NCBI GenBank assembly: GCA_003149935.1
Contig: QAMH01000006.1
Coordinates: 433,053 to 497,052, forward strand
Direction: 5' to 3'
Length of the DNA: 64,000 bases
From: Coriobacteriia bacterium
Lineage (GTDB): Bacteria; Actinomycetota; Coriobacteriia; Coriobacteriales; QAMH01
The notes below the pieces were generated by a model. It had not been told where the DNA came from. It searched no databases and saw nothing but the letters and a program-made list of their open reading frames with translations. How positions within the stretch are numbered: position 1 is the stretch's first letter; each line of letters starts with the position of its first letter. This document shows positions 52,024-59,780 of this stretch, one piece after another. The position numbers and the translations under genes were made by a program.

Positions 52024-52303
52024 CTTCACAACACTATTATGGGCATTTCTCCCCATATGACCCATCTAAATATCCTCCCATTCCCCGGAGATTATCGAAA
52101 TCTGCACAAGATGTTGTGTTCGGCATTTTGTCTAACCGCATTTGTGGGCTCTTTGAGGGGTGGGGCATTTCCCCAAAATTTTTTATGGATTTCGCATGAT
52201 TTGGGCCAAATACCCACGCGAACGGATTCGCGTGGCATCCTCATCGTTTTTCGAACAGTACAATGGACCTGTACACCGAAAGACTCGACCCGAGGAGCTC
52301 GTC

Positions 52304-53659
52304 ATGACACACAGCGATGCGCAGAGCAATTGCGTACTCTACCTCTCGGACGTTCACGGCGAATTCGATACCTTCGCCTATCTGCTCGATGGCTGGCGCG
52401 ATGACCTGCGCTGGGCTCATCTCGTCGGCGACATCTACGATCGCGGTCCCGCCCCGGACAAGATTATCGATCTGCTCATGGCCTATCCTGATGCCGACAT
52501 CCAATGGGGCAACCATGATGTGGTGTGGATGGGTGCTGCGCTCGGACAGCCTGGTTGCATTGCTCATGTTGTGCGTAACTGTGCACGCTATGGTAATCTA
52601 GACATCTTGACTAGTTCATACGGAATCAATCTGGAACCCCTGGCGACGTTCGCGCTCACCGCCTATGCGGATGACCCCTGCGACGCATTCGCGCTCAAGT
52701 CAAACCCCGGGCTCACTGACGCGGAACTCGAAATGAACGTCAAGATTCAAAAGGCAATGGCAGTTCTGCAGTTCAAGGTCGAGGCGGCGCTCATAAACAA
52801 GTATCCCAGTTTTGGGCTCGAAGATAGGAAGCTTCTGCATCTCATCGATTACGACGCCAAGACCGTCGTCGTCGATGGCGTCATCTACGAACTCACCGAC
52901 ATCTACTTTCCCACCGTCGACCGCGATGACCCGTATAAGCTCACCGATGAGGAGCAGGCCGTCATGAACTACCTCGTGGACGCATTCACCGGCTGCGAAA
53001 AGCTCGCGCGGCACATTCGCTTCCTCTTCGAGCACGGAAGCCTGTACAAGATTTGCGACGGCGATTTGCTTGCGCATGCCTGCGTGCCGCTCAACGACGA
53101 TGGCACCCTCAAGGAGGTCGACATCTTCGGAGTAACCTGCAAGGGCAAAAGTCTCTACGATGAGGCGCAGAAATGGGTGCGCACGGCTTTCGAGTCCAAT
53201 GACGAGGCCATGCGCGAGAAAGGCCGCGACCTCATTTGGTATCTGTGGCTCGGGCCGGGCTCACCGCTTTTCGCCAAGAGCAAGATGGCGACCTTCGAGA
53301 TCTACCTCTGCAAGGACAAGGCGGCGCGCAAGGAGGTCAAGAACGCCTTCTACTTGCTACTTGACGAGGCAGAGCCGTACGAGCGCATCTTCGAGGATTT
53401 CGGGCTCGATCCCGCTCACGCCCGCATCATCTGCGGTCACGTGCCGGTCAAGGCAAAGGACGGCGAGAATCCCGTTAAGGCGGGCGGCCGCGTCATCTGC
53501 ATCGATGGCGGCATGTCAGCGGCGTACAGCAAGACGACGGGACTGCAGGGATACGCGCTCACGCGCACAGACGAGCACTTCACGCTTTATGCCATCAAGA
53601 GCTTCGACAAAGACACGAAGACGATCGTCACCGAAGCCAGGGAGATTGCGCCACGCTAA
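52304..53659 (+). CDS. fbp: fructose-1,6-bisphosphatase class 3 homolog (compact form)
   Basis: I start at ATG 52304 (GAGGAG upstream), giving 451 aa. SDVHGE, VGDIYDRGP, QWGNHDVVWMGAA, ARYGNLDI, HGCVP-like HACVP, GHVPVK, IDGGMSAAY, collinear with Bacillus-type Fbp but about 190 aa shorter. Confidence 0.8.
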   Translation: MTHSDAQSNCVLYLSDVHGEFDTFAYLLDGWRDDLRWAHLVGDIYDRGPAPDKIIDLLMAYPDADIQWGNHDVVWMGAALGQPGCIAHVVRNCARYGNLDILTSSYGINLEPLATFALTAYADDPCDAFALKSNPGLTDAELEMNVKIQKAMAVLQFKVEAALINKYPSFGLEDRKLLHLIDYDAKTVVVDGVIYELTDIYFPTVDRDDPYKLTDEEQAVMNYLVDAFTGCEKLARHIRFLFEHGSLYKICDGDLLAHACVPLNDDGTLKEVDIFGVTCKGKSLYDEAQKWVRTAFESNDEAMREKGRDLIWYLWLGPGSPLFAKSKMATFEIYLCKDKAARKEVKNAFYLLLDEAEPYERIFEDFGLDPAHARIICGHVPVKAKDGENPVKAGGRVICIDGGMSAAYSKTTGLQGYALTRTDEHFTLYAIKSFDKDTKTIVTEAREIAPR

Positions 53660-53695
53660 GAGTGGCGCTCAGGCGCATGGTGCTTGCCAATGATT

Positions 53696-53811
53696 CGCAC
53701 CCGAAGCTCCAAAATCGTTCGGCTGCTACGGAACTCGTGCGCAAGACCAGCGCGCTCAAACAGTCCTCGCAAGACCGCCTCACGATTTTGGAGCTTCTGC
53801 TCATCGGGCGG
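53696..53811 (+). repeat. structured intergenic repeat, copy A (16-bp perfect stem clamping a conserved core hairpin)
   Basis: GAAGCTCCAAAATCGT (53703-53718) pairs with ACGATTTTGGAGCTTC (53782-53797). The interior is about 86% identical to the reverse complement of 59833-59883. Apical stem GTGCGC/GCGCGC (53737-42/53750-55). Confidence 0.8.
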
Positions 53812-53877
53812 CGCGCCACGCGCCCAAGCGCTCCCTTGGACCTCCGCTCGACGACTTCCCTGCACACATGTTCGCGA

Positions 53878-55083
53878 CTATTTCACCCGCTGCAATACGG
53901 CGGCGAAGTGGCCATCGGGGCCGTCGAGCGCGGGAAGCGTCGCAAACGAGCCTTCGTCGATGCGCCAGGCATCTTGTGGCTGTGCCGCGAGAAAAGTGTC
54001 GACGACCTGTTGGTTCTCCTCATCGAGGATGCTACAGGTCGCGTAGACGAGCGTGCCACCCACGGCAACGTGGCACGCTGCCTCATCGAGCAACGCGCGT
54101 TGCAGCTCCGCGAGGTCGCTTACGTCATCGGGCGTAAGGTTCCAGCGTATCTCGGGATGACGGCGCATCGTGCCCGTTCCCGAACACGGCGCGTCAAGCA
54201 ACACGGCATCGTAAAGCGGTAACACCCCATCGATACCGTCAAGATCACGCGCATCACCCGTGAGCGAGAGCACGTCCTCGATACCCGCCTGCTGCATGCG
54301 CTCGGCATGGAGCCGCGCGCGGTACTCGTGAAGGTCGACAGTATGAATGGGCACCGTATGACCGAGCGTCTCGAACGCCCGGCTCTCCAGCAACATCGTC
54401 TTGGTGCCTCTCCCCGCCCCTATCTCGAGCATCGTCCCATCAAGCGGCACAAGGTCCGCCACACGTTGGGCCGAGAGATCGCAGGCGAAGGGGTTATCGG
54501 GATCAAACGGGTTGTCCCGCAGATAGCGCGGCGCCGGACGTAGGTCCGCCTCCATGACCGTCGTGGCAACATCGCGCCCGTACTGCGCAGCGAGACGCTC
54601 GGCGAGCCACAGCGGCATGCCGAAGGAACGCGCCCAGGCGGCATCGTCCGTACTCACATCGCCCCAGGGAAAGTCACGCGCGTCACGGGCCATCTTATGC
54701 AGCACGGCATTGGCAAAACCCGCAGCGCGTGGCGTCACGCAGCGCACGAGCTCGACACCCTGGTCCACGACCACGTGCTCGGCTTTGTGCAGGAACAGCA
54801 ATTCGTAGGCTGATATGCGCAACGCATCCCGTACCTTGGGTTTGACATCGCGTGGCGAGGAGAGCGAGCGATCGATGGCCTCGTCAAGGGTGCCCCGGCA
54901 CATCACGGCACCAAAGGCGAGCACCTGGGCAAAATCGAACTCTTCGGGAGGAAGCCGCGTTGTCTCTCGTGCACTGCTCACGAGCTCGCGCAGGTACGCG
55001 TCGCGATTACGAACCTCGCGGGTAAGCTTGAGAGCGAGCAGGCGAGCAGGCGTCGCTTTGCTCGCACGACGTCCGTTAGCCAT
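53878..55083 (-). CDS. rsmB: 16S rRNA (cytosine967-C5)-methyltransferase
   Basis: I start at ATG 55083 (MANGRRASKATPARLLAL), an ATGGCTAA overlap with the fmt stop. NusB-like N-domain, DAPCSGTGTMRRHPE, YATCS. Confidence 0.9.
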   Translation of the reverse strand: MANGRRASKATPARLLALKLTREVRNRDAYLRELVSSARETTRLPPEEFDFAQVLAFGAVMCRGTLDEAIDRSLSSPRDVKPKVRDALRISAYELLFLHKAEHVVVDQGVELVRCVTPRAAGFANAVLHKMARDARDFPWGDVSTDDAAWARSFGMPLWLAERLAAQYGRDVATTVMEADLRPAPRYLRDNPFDPDNPFACDLSAQRVADLVPLDGTMLEIGAGRGTKTMLLESRAFETLGHTVPIHTVDLHEYRARLHAERMQQAGIEDVLSLTGDARDLDGIDGVLPLYDAVLLDAPCSGTGTMRRHPEIRWNLTPDDVSDLAELQRALLDEAACHVAVGGTLVYATCSILDEENQQVVDTFLAAQPQDAWRIDEGSFATLPALDGPDGHFAAVLQRVK

Positions 55084-56035
55084 AGACCGGCAGCTTGTGG
55101 TAGTACTCGGGCAGGACGTTCCAGGTAAGATCATCACAGTCGTGCAGACCGGCAATCCATGACTGGGCAGACATCACGCGCTTGTTCTCGGGTTTGACCT
55201 CGTCAATCTCGACCGCACGACCTTTGAGGCCAAGATAGATGTGCTTCTTCTCGAGCACGACCTCGCCGCGCTCCAAGACGATATCGGCCGGATGGGCGCG
55301 CAAGATGGTGACCCGGCGTCCGCATACCACGCAACGGGATGGCGTACGATGCGAGGAGGCCTGCACGCGTCGCAGGAACTCGGCATTGGTAAGACCGGGG
55401 CGCAGCAGCGTCTCGTCCTTGGAAACCTTCTCGGCGTAGGTCACGAACTCGGTATCCTGCTCGAACCACTCGTAGGTACCCGCCTCGACCTGCGGAAGCG
55501 CCTCGAGCAAGCCGGCAGCGCCGATTTCGGCAAGCTCGTGAAGCAACTCCTCGGTCGTCTTGTGTGCAATCTCGACTGCACCGAGCGTATGGTAGGCACC
55601 CGTATCAAGACCCTCCTCCATCTGCATGAGGCAGACGCCAGCGAGCTCGTCGCCATTGAGGATGGCACGCTGTACCGGTGCGGCGCCACGCCAGCGCGGC
55701 AGCAGAGAGCCATGGATGTTCAGGCAGCCAAAACGGGGAATGTCCAGAACCTCGCGCGTGAGCAACGCACCGAACGCCGCCACGATAATGACGTCGGGGG
55801 CAAGCGAGGTCAGATGCTCGACGACGCCATCCTCACGCAGCGAATAGGGCGTGAAGACCGGCAGGTCCAGCTCCTCGGCGCGCATCTTGACACGCGTCGG
55901 CTGCATCTTGTTGCCGCGGCCGGCATGTGCGTCGGGACGCGTATAGACCGCGCTGATGACATGATCGGGAGATGCCGCGAGCGCATCGAGCGCGGGTAGG
56001 GCAAAGGAGGGCGTGCCCATGAAGACGATATTCAT
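55076..56035 (-). CDS. fmt: methionyl-tRNA formyltransferase
   Basis: I start at ATG 56035 (MNIVFMGTPSFALPAL; GGAGG upstream), giving 319 aa. NIHGSLLPRWRGAAPVQ. The track start at 56311 overlaps def. Confidence 0.94.
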   Translation of the reverse strand: MNIVFMGTPSFALPALDALAASPDHVISAVYTRPDAHAGRGNKMQPTRVKMRAEELDLPVFTPYSLREDGVVEHLTSLAPDVIIVAAFGALLTREVLDIPRFGCLNIHGSLLPRWRGAAPVQRAILNGDELAGVCLMQMEEGLDTGAYHTLGAVEIAHKTTEELLHELAEIGAAGLLEALPQVEAGTYEWFEQDTEFVTYAEKVSKDETLLRPGLTNAEFLRRVQASSHRTPSRCVVCGRRVTILRAHPADIVLERGEVVLEKKHIYLGLKGRAVEIDEVKPENKRVMSAQSWIAGLHDCDDLTWNVLPEYYHKLPVYG

Positions 56036-56082
56036 TGTGCATCCACCTCCATCAGCGGTCAGGACCCAGATAGCGAGCTTTC

Positions 56083-56622
56083 CTACTGGCCAGTTGCGAC
56101 GCGATATTCCCTGAGCGCCTTGAGACGGGCGATGGGATCTGCGCGCTCGATGAGCGTCACGCCGTCCAGATGGTCCATCTCGTGTTGCATGCATATTCCG
56201 AAGAGATCCTCGCCGTAATGCTCGACCTCGTTGAAATCGGCATCCAGGCATCTGACCCTCACCCACTCCCAACGCTTCACGTTGACGGACAGGCCCGGGA
56301 GGGAGAGACAACCCTCGGTCGAGGGAATCTTGTTATCTGAATGCTCGATAATCTCGGGATTGATGAGCACGAGCGGACGACTGGGCAAAAGCTCGCCGTC
56401 TTCGTCTTCGGTCACGTAATCGGTATCGATAACGACCATGCGCTTGAGCAGGCCAACCTGCGGCCCGGCAAGGCCGACACCATCCGACCCGTACATCTCC
56501 TTGAACATGTTATCGACATAGCGCAAGACGGTCTCGTCACCGGGTTCGACCGGTTCGCAGACCTCATGCAACACGGGATCGGGAAATGTGTAAACTTGCA
56601 TGCTTCGCCTCGATTTCGACAA
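56083..56622 (-). CDS. def: peptide deformylase
   Basis: 179 aa. GVGLAGPQVG, EGCLSLPG, HEMDHL. Confidence 0.95.
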   Translation of the reverse strand: MSKSRRSMQVYTFPDPVLHEVCEPVEPGDETVLRYVDNMFKEMYGSDGVGLAGPQVGLLKRMVVIDTDYVTEDEDGELLPSRPLVLINPEIIEHSDNKIPSTEGCLSLPGLSVNVKRWEWVRVRCLDADFNEVEHYGEDLFGICMQHEMDHLDGVTLIERADPIARLKALREYRVATGQ

Positions 56623-56656
56623 AAGGAACCATTAGTTTAGCAGATAGACGCAAGAC

Positions 56657-58015
56657 CTAGTGCAGGTTTTGCTGAGCGCGCAAGGCGCTCTCTTCGCTCA
56701 TGCCCATGGTCGAAAAACGTTCCTTCATGAACGCATCATCGTAATGTTCGTTAAACCACACCTGCACCTCGTTCTCGACGGGCAGGCCAGCCTCACGTTG
56801 CGACCAGCAATCAAGTGCGAGCAAGGTCATGATGGCATTGACTACCATGAACGTGAAGACAAGCACCGTAATGATCGCACGCCACTTGAGCGGAATGATA
56901 TCGACAAGTTGCATGACGCCGGGCAAGAGGATGCGTATCCACACCAGACCGCAAAGCCCCCAAGCGCAGGCGTGTGCGAAATCCGTTCTGCCGTCGATCG
57001 AGAGGAAGGTGCCGGAATAATCCCAGGCAACTACGCCAAAGGCAGTCTGCATGTACCAAGAGACGAAAAACTCGAAGGCGGCTCCGATGAGACCGGAGAC
57101 GACGAAGATGAAGAACGCATTGCGATACCACATACGATTGAGCGCAATGGTCATGAGCAAGGCACCGAAGCCATAGATGGGCGAGAACGGCCCCCATAGA
57201 AGTCCTGCGCGACTCTCCCAGACGTGATTGACAAGCAGGCAGAAGATCATTTCCATGCATAGGCCGAGCACGCACGCCGTCATGAAAATCCAGAACAAGT
57301 TGAAGAAATTAAGCGGGATGTAGCCACGACGATCAGGGTCTTGCTCGTAGACCTTCTTGCGAGCCTCCTTGCCCTCCTTGAAGGGGTTTTTGAACGCCGG
57401 CGCGCGATCGAGGTTGGGATCATTGTAGATTTGGTAGGCAATGGCACAGATGAACTGGAACAAGTAGGTGATTTCGAGCCAGACAACGCCGTTGAGGGCA
57501 ACGCTCGTAAGCAAGCCGGCAAGCAGGAAGACTATGAGCACACGCAGGAGCATGCGTGCCTCGAATATCTTGCCCTTGCGGTCGAGCCTGATGAGAACAA
57601 TAAGGCCGGCGAAGTTGAGCGCGGCGAGAAAGCCGTAGACGATGGCGACGATGCCGTAACTGTTGACCGTGCCGGTGAAGAGCTCGGTCAGGTGTCCCCA
57701 GCTCAGCACGCATTGCGAGATGACCTGCAATACCGAAATGCCGAGCGAGATGATGATGAGCGCGGCGATGATACGGTTGGCCTTGGGAATGGTCGAGGGC
57801 GGCACCGTCTCGTGCAGCTCCTCGCCAAAGTGCTCGGCAGAGTGCTCGATGCGCTCAACAGAGTCCTCTACGCGCTTTTCGACGTCTTCCCTTACTTCCC
57901 TAATCGCGTGCTGTGCCTTGCGCTCCGTGCGGGCAAAGGCGTTGGGCCGTACGGTCAGCGGAATCTGCTTGCGCTTGTCTTTCTTTTTATCGGCCACGGT
58001 GCCATCCCCTCTCAT
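56657..58015 (-). CDS. polytopic membrane protein; C-terminal half resembles the ABC-transporter type IV / CmpB (DUF1113) family
   Basis: 452 aa. Charged cytoplasmic N-terminus, about 4 TM, then a block LFWIFMTACVLGLCMEMIF..LWGPFSPIYGFGALL..FEFFVSWYM..WDYS that I associate with PF06541-type proteins. 4-nt overlap with the upstream NAT gene. Confidence 0.55.
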   Translation of the reverse strand: MRGDGTVADKKKDKRKQIPLTVRPNAFARTERKAQHAIREVREDVEKRVEDSVERIEHSAEHFGEELHETVPPSTIPKANRIIAALIIISLGISVLQVISQCVLSWGHLTELFTGTVNSYGIVAIVYGFLAALNFAGLIVLIRLDRKGKIFEARMLLRVLIVFLLAGLLTSVALNGVVWLEITYLFQFICAIAYQIYNDPNLDRAPAFKNPFKEGKEARKKVYEQDPDRRGYIPLNFFNLFWIFMTACVLGLCMEMIFCLLVNHVWESRAGLLWGPFSPIYGFGALLMTIALNRMWYRNAFFIFVVSGLIGAAFEFFVSWYMQTAFGVVAWDYSGTFLSIDGRTDFAHACAWGLCGLVWIRILLPGVMQLVDIIPLKWRAIITVLVFTFMVVNAIMTLLALDCWSQREAGLPVENEVQVWFNEHYDDAFMKERFSTMGMSEESALRAQQNLH

Positions 58016-58815
58016 GCAATGACATCTGGTTTCGCTTGATTGGTAACGCGCATCTTGAAGACACTCGCGAGCAGGTCGTCAAACTCGTCAGGATAGTCGA
58101 TATCGCGTTCGGTGACCACGCCATCCCTCGTTTCCTTGATGCGGCGCATGGAAAGCGTGACACGACCCTCCTCGCCATCGATGCATACGAGCGGTCCCTT
58201 GAGAAAGCGCGACGATGGATCGGTCTCGAAGAAGGTGCGGCGTGGGTCGAAGTCGGCCGGCTCGCGAGCCACGTCGCGGAAGGCGAACATGAGCGACTCG
58301 TCGCCATTAACGATGCGTATGACGTGATACCAGGACTCGCCATCGACGTCGATCTCGTCGATGCGGTACTGGCAGCGCCCGTCATCCTGTACGATGCCCG
58401 GCGTAAAGCGAATGGGTGCGGCGATGTTGTAGGCAAAGCCGACATCCGTGATCCAGGGGTCCGATGCGGGATTATCGGGGTCGGTCACCATGAGAAAGAC
58501 ATGGTCGAATTCGTCCCCATCATCGTAAATGCGTCCGCCCCTAAGCTCGAGGTCGAAGCCGAGAGCATGGAGAGCCGCAGCGTAGAGAAAGTTGAGCTCG
58601 TAGCAGATGCCGCCACGCCCACGCCCCACGATCTTGTCGAAAAGCCCCTCTTCGCTCAAATCTAGGGGAACCTTGCCCGCAAGGATGTCGAGGTTTTCGA
58701 AAGGGACCGTCTCGAGATGGGCCCGCTGCATCATGCCGATGCCCGCGATATCACGTGTGGGCTCTTCGTCAAGGCCGATGCGATCGAAGTAGGCGATGAG
58801 ATGTTGCTGGTCCAA
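58012..58815 (-). CDS. arylamine N-acetyltransferase
   Basis: 267 aa. YFDRIGL, VPFENLD, RGGICYELN (catalytic Cys), FDHVFLMV (His), ITDVGF (Asp). Confidence 0.9.
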   Translation of the reverse strand: MDQQHLIAYFDRIGLDEEPTRDIAGIGMMQRAHLETVPFENLDILAGKVPLDLSEEGLFDKIVGRGRGGICYELNFLYAAALHALGFDLELRGGRIYDDGDEFDHVFLMVTDPDNPASDPWITDVGFAYNIAAPIRFTPGIVQDDGRCQYRIDEIDVDGESWYHVIRIVNGDESLMFAFRDVAREPADFDPRRTFFETDPSSRFLKGPLVCIDGEEGRVTLSMRRIKETRDGVVTERDIDYPDEFDDLLASVFKMRVTNQAKPDVIA

Positions 58816-58851
58816 CGGGTCTCCTCGTTCATTGTTGACTCGATATTAAAA

Positions 58852-58875
58852 GGCCAGCGACACAAGCCGCTGGCC
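58852..58875 (-). terminator. rho-independent terminator after tRNA-Arg
   Basis: Minus strand: GGCCAGCG-GCTTGTGT-CGCTGGCC followed by TTTTAATAT. Confidence 0.75.
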
Positions 58876-58885
58876 TGATGTTTCA

Positions 58886-58961
58886 TGGTGGCCCTGATAC
58901 GATTCGAACGTACGACACCCGCTTTAGGAGAGCGGTGCTCTATCCCCTGAGCTACAGAGCC
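58886..58961 (-). tRNA. tRNA-Arg (anticodon CCU)
   Basis: Hand-folded 76 nt: GGCTCTG-TA-GCTCAGGGGATAGAGC-A-CCGCT-CTCCTAA-AGCGG-GTGTC-GTACG-TTCGAAT-CGTAT-CAGGGCC-A-CCA. Confidence 0.9.
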
Positions 58962-58995
58962 AGCTCGCAGTATTCTAGCAGAGAACGACAAGGCA

Positions 58996-59073
58996 GATGA
59001 GACACATTGGACAGGTACATCTGTCTCATTTAAACCCAAATGAGACAGATGTACCTGTCCAATGTGTCTCATC
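58996..59073. repeat. perfect 78-nt palindrome (36-bp stem, 6-nt loop)
   Basis: GATGAGACACATTGGACAGGTACATCTGTCTCATTT-AAACCC-AAATGAGACAGATGTACCTGTCCAATGTGTCTCATC, checked base by base with zero mismatches. It overlaps the trmO stop codon by 2 nt. Confidence 0.95.
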
Positions 59074-59758
59074 ATTCCGCCGAACGCACGGTGAGGACGC
59101 CGTCATCGACGGAGAAACGCACGGTCCGCGCTCCGTAGCGCATCTCGTAGACACGCTCGGGGTTATCGTGATAAGCCGGGCGTGGATCGCGTGCCAGGGC
59201 AGCGAGCACGGCCGTCGCGTCATCGCCCAGGCGCTCACGCAGCGCGTCATCGCAATCGACGGTGAGCACACCTTCGTCGGGATCGGACGCAAAGCCGCCT
59301 CGTGCATCCGGATGCGCGTCTGCATAGGGGATATATGGTTTGATGTCATAAATGGGCGTCTTGTCTAGAAGGTCGACGCCGCTTACCTCGAGCACGGTGC
59401 CCTTGCCCTTCGTCTTCTCGACACCATCGAGCTTGACGACGGAAAGCCCGAGCTCGTTGGGACGGAATGGCGAGCGCGTCGCGAACACGCCGCATTTCTC
59501 GTTACCGCCCAGGCGCGGTGGACGCACGAGCGGCGAGAACTCGTCTTGCTCGACCTCGGAAAAGCCCCATATCAGCCACAGATGGCTAAAGGTCTCGATG
59601 CAACGCAGGGCATCGGGGTCACGGTACTTGGGCTCGAAGACGATGGTGCCCTTCGCCTCGGCGACCAGTCCGCTTTGCCGTGGAATTCCGAACTTCTCAG
59701 GAAACGGTGTGCGGATGTGCGCGATAGGTTCGATTTCGTATGTCTCGGAATGAACCAT
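59072..59758 (-). CDS. trmO: tRNA (N6-threonylcarbamoyladenosine(37)-N6)-methyltransferase TrmO (TsaA/YaeB family)
   Basis: 228 aa. IGHIRTPF-like IAHIRTPFPEKFGIPRQSG, FSHLWLIW, GVFATRSPFRPN, GLSVVKL, TPIYDIKPY. Confidence 0.9.
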   Translation of the reverse strand: MVHSETYEIEPIAHIRTPFPEKFGIPRQSGLVAEAKGTIVFEPKYRDPDALRCIETFSHLWLIWGFSEVEQDEFSPLVRPPRLGGNEKCGVFATRSPFRPNELGLSVVKLDGVEKTKGKGTVLEVSGVDLLDKTPIYDIKPYIPYADAHPDARGGFASDPDEGVLTVDCDDALRERLGDDATAVLAALARDPRPAYHDNPERVYEMRYGARTVRFSVDDGVLTVRSAE

Positions 59759-59780
59759 TATTACCTCATAAACCTAGGAA

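Noticed and set aside
53648-53668. Hairpin GCGCCAC-GCTAAGA-GTGGCGC enclosing the fbp stop codon.
   Set aside because: It is a short 7-bp stem with no U-tract and is probably incidental. The dominant structure downstream is repeat copy A, so this is not called as a separate terminator.
53703-53797. The idea that copies A and B are invertible promoter switches (invertons): inverted repeats flanking a core found in opposite orientations.
   Set aside because: The enclosed segments are only 51-63 nt, too short for recombinase-mediated inversion. No invertase or recombinase gene is nearby, and no promoter-like boxes lie inside. The opposite orientation is relative to the chromosome, not to the flanking stems.
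53628-53867. Small ORFs across repeat copies A and B that share the peptide CEDCLS (53628-53867 minus, 59740-59928 plus), suggesting a conserved micro-protein.
   Set aside because: The two copies differ by compensating 1-nt indels. The substitutions preserve base pairing, not codons. There is no RBS or sensible start. The conservation is better explained by nucleic-acid structure.
58731-59368. Two mirror-image ORFs, both starting MRHIGQVHLSHL (58731-59075 minus, 58997-59368 plus).
   Set aside because: They are an artefact of the perfect 78-nt palindrome, which reads identically on both strands. They overlap NAT, tRNA-Arg and trmO.
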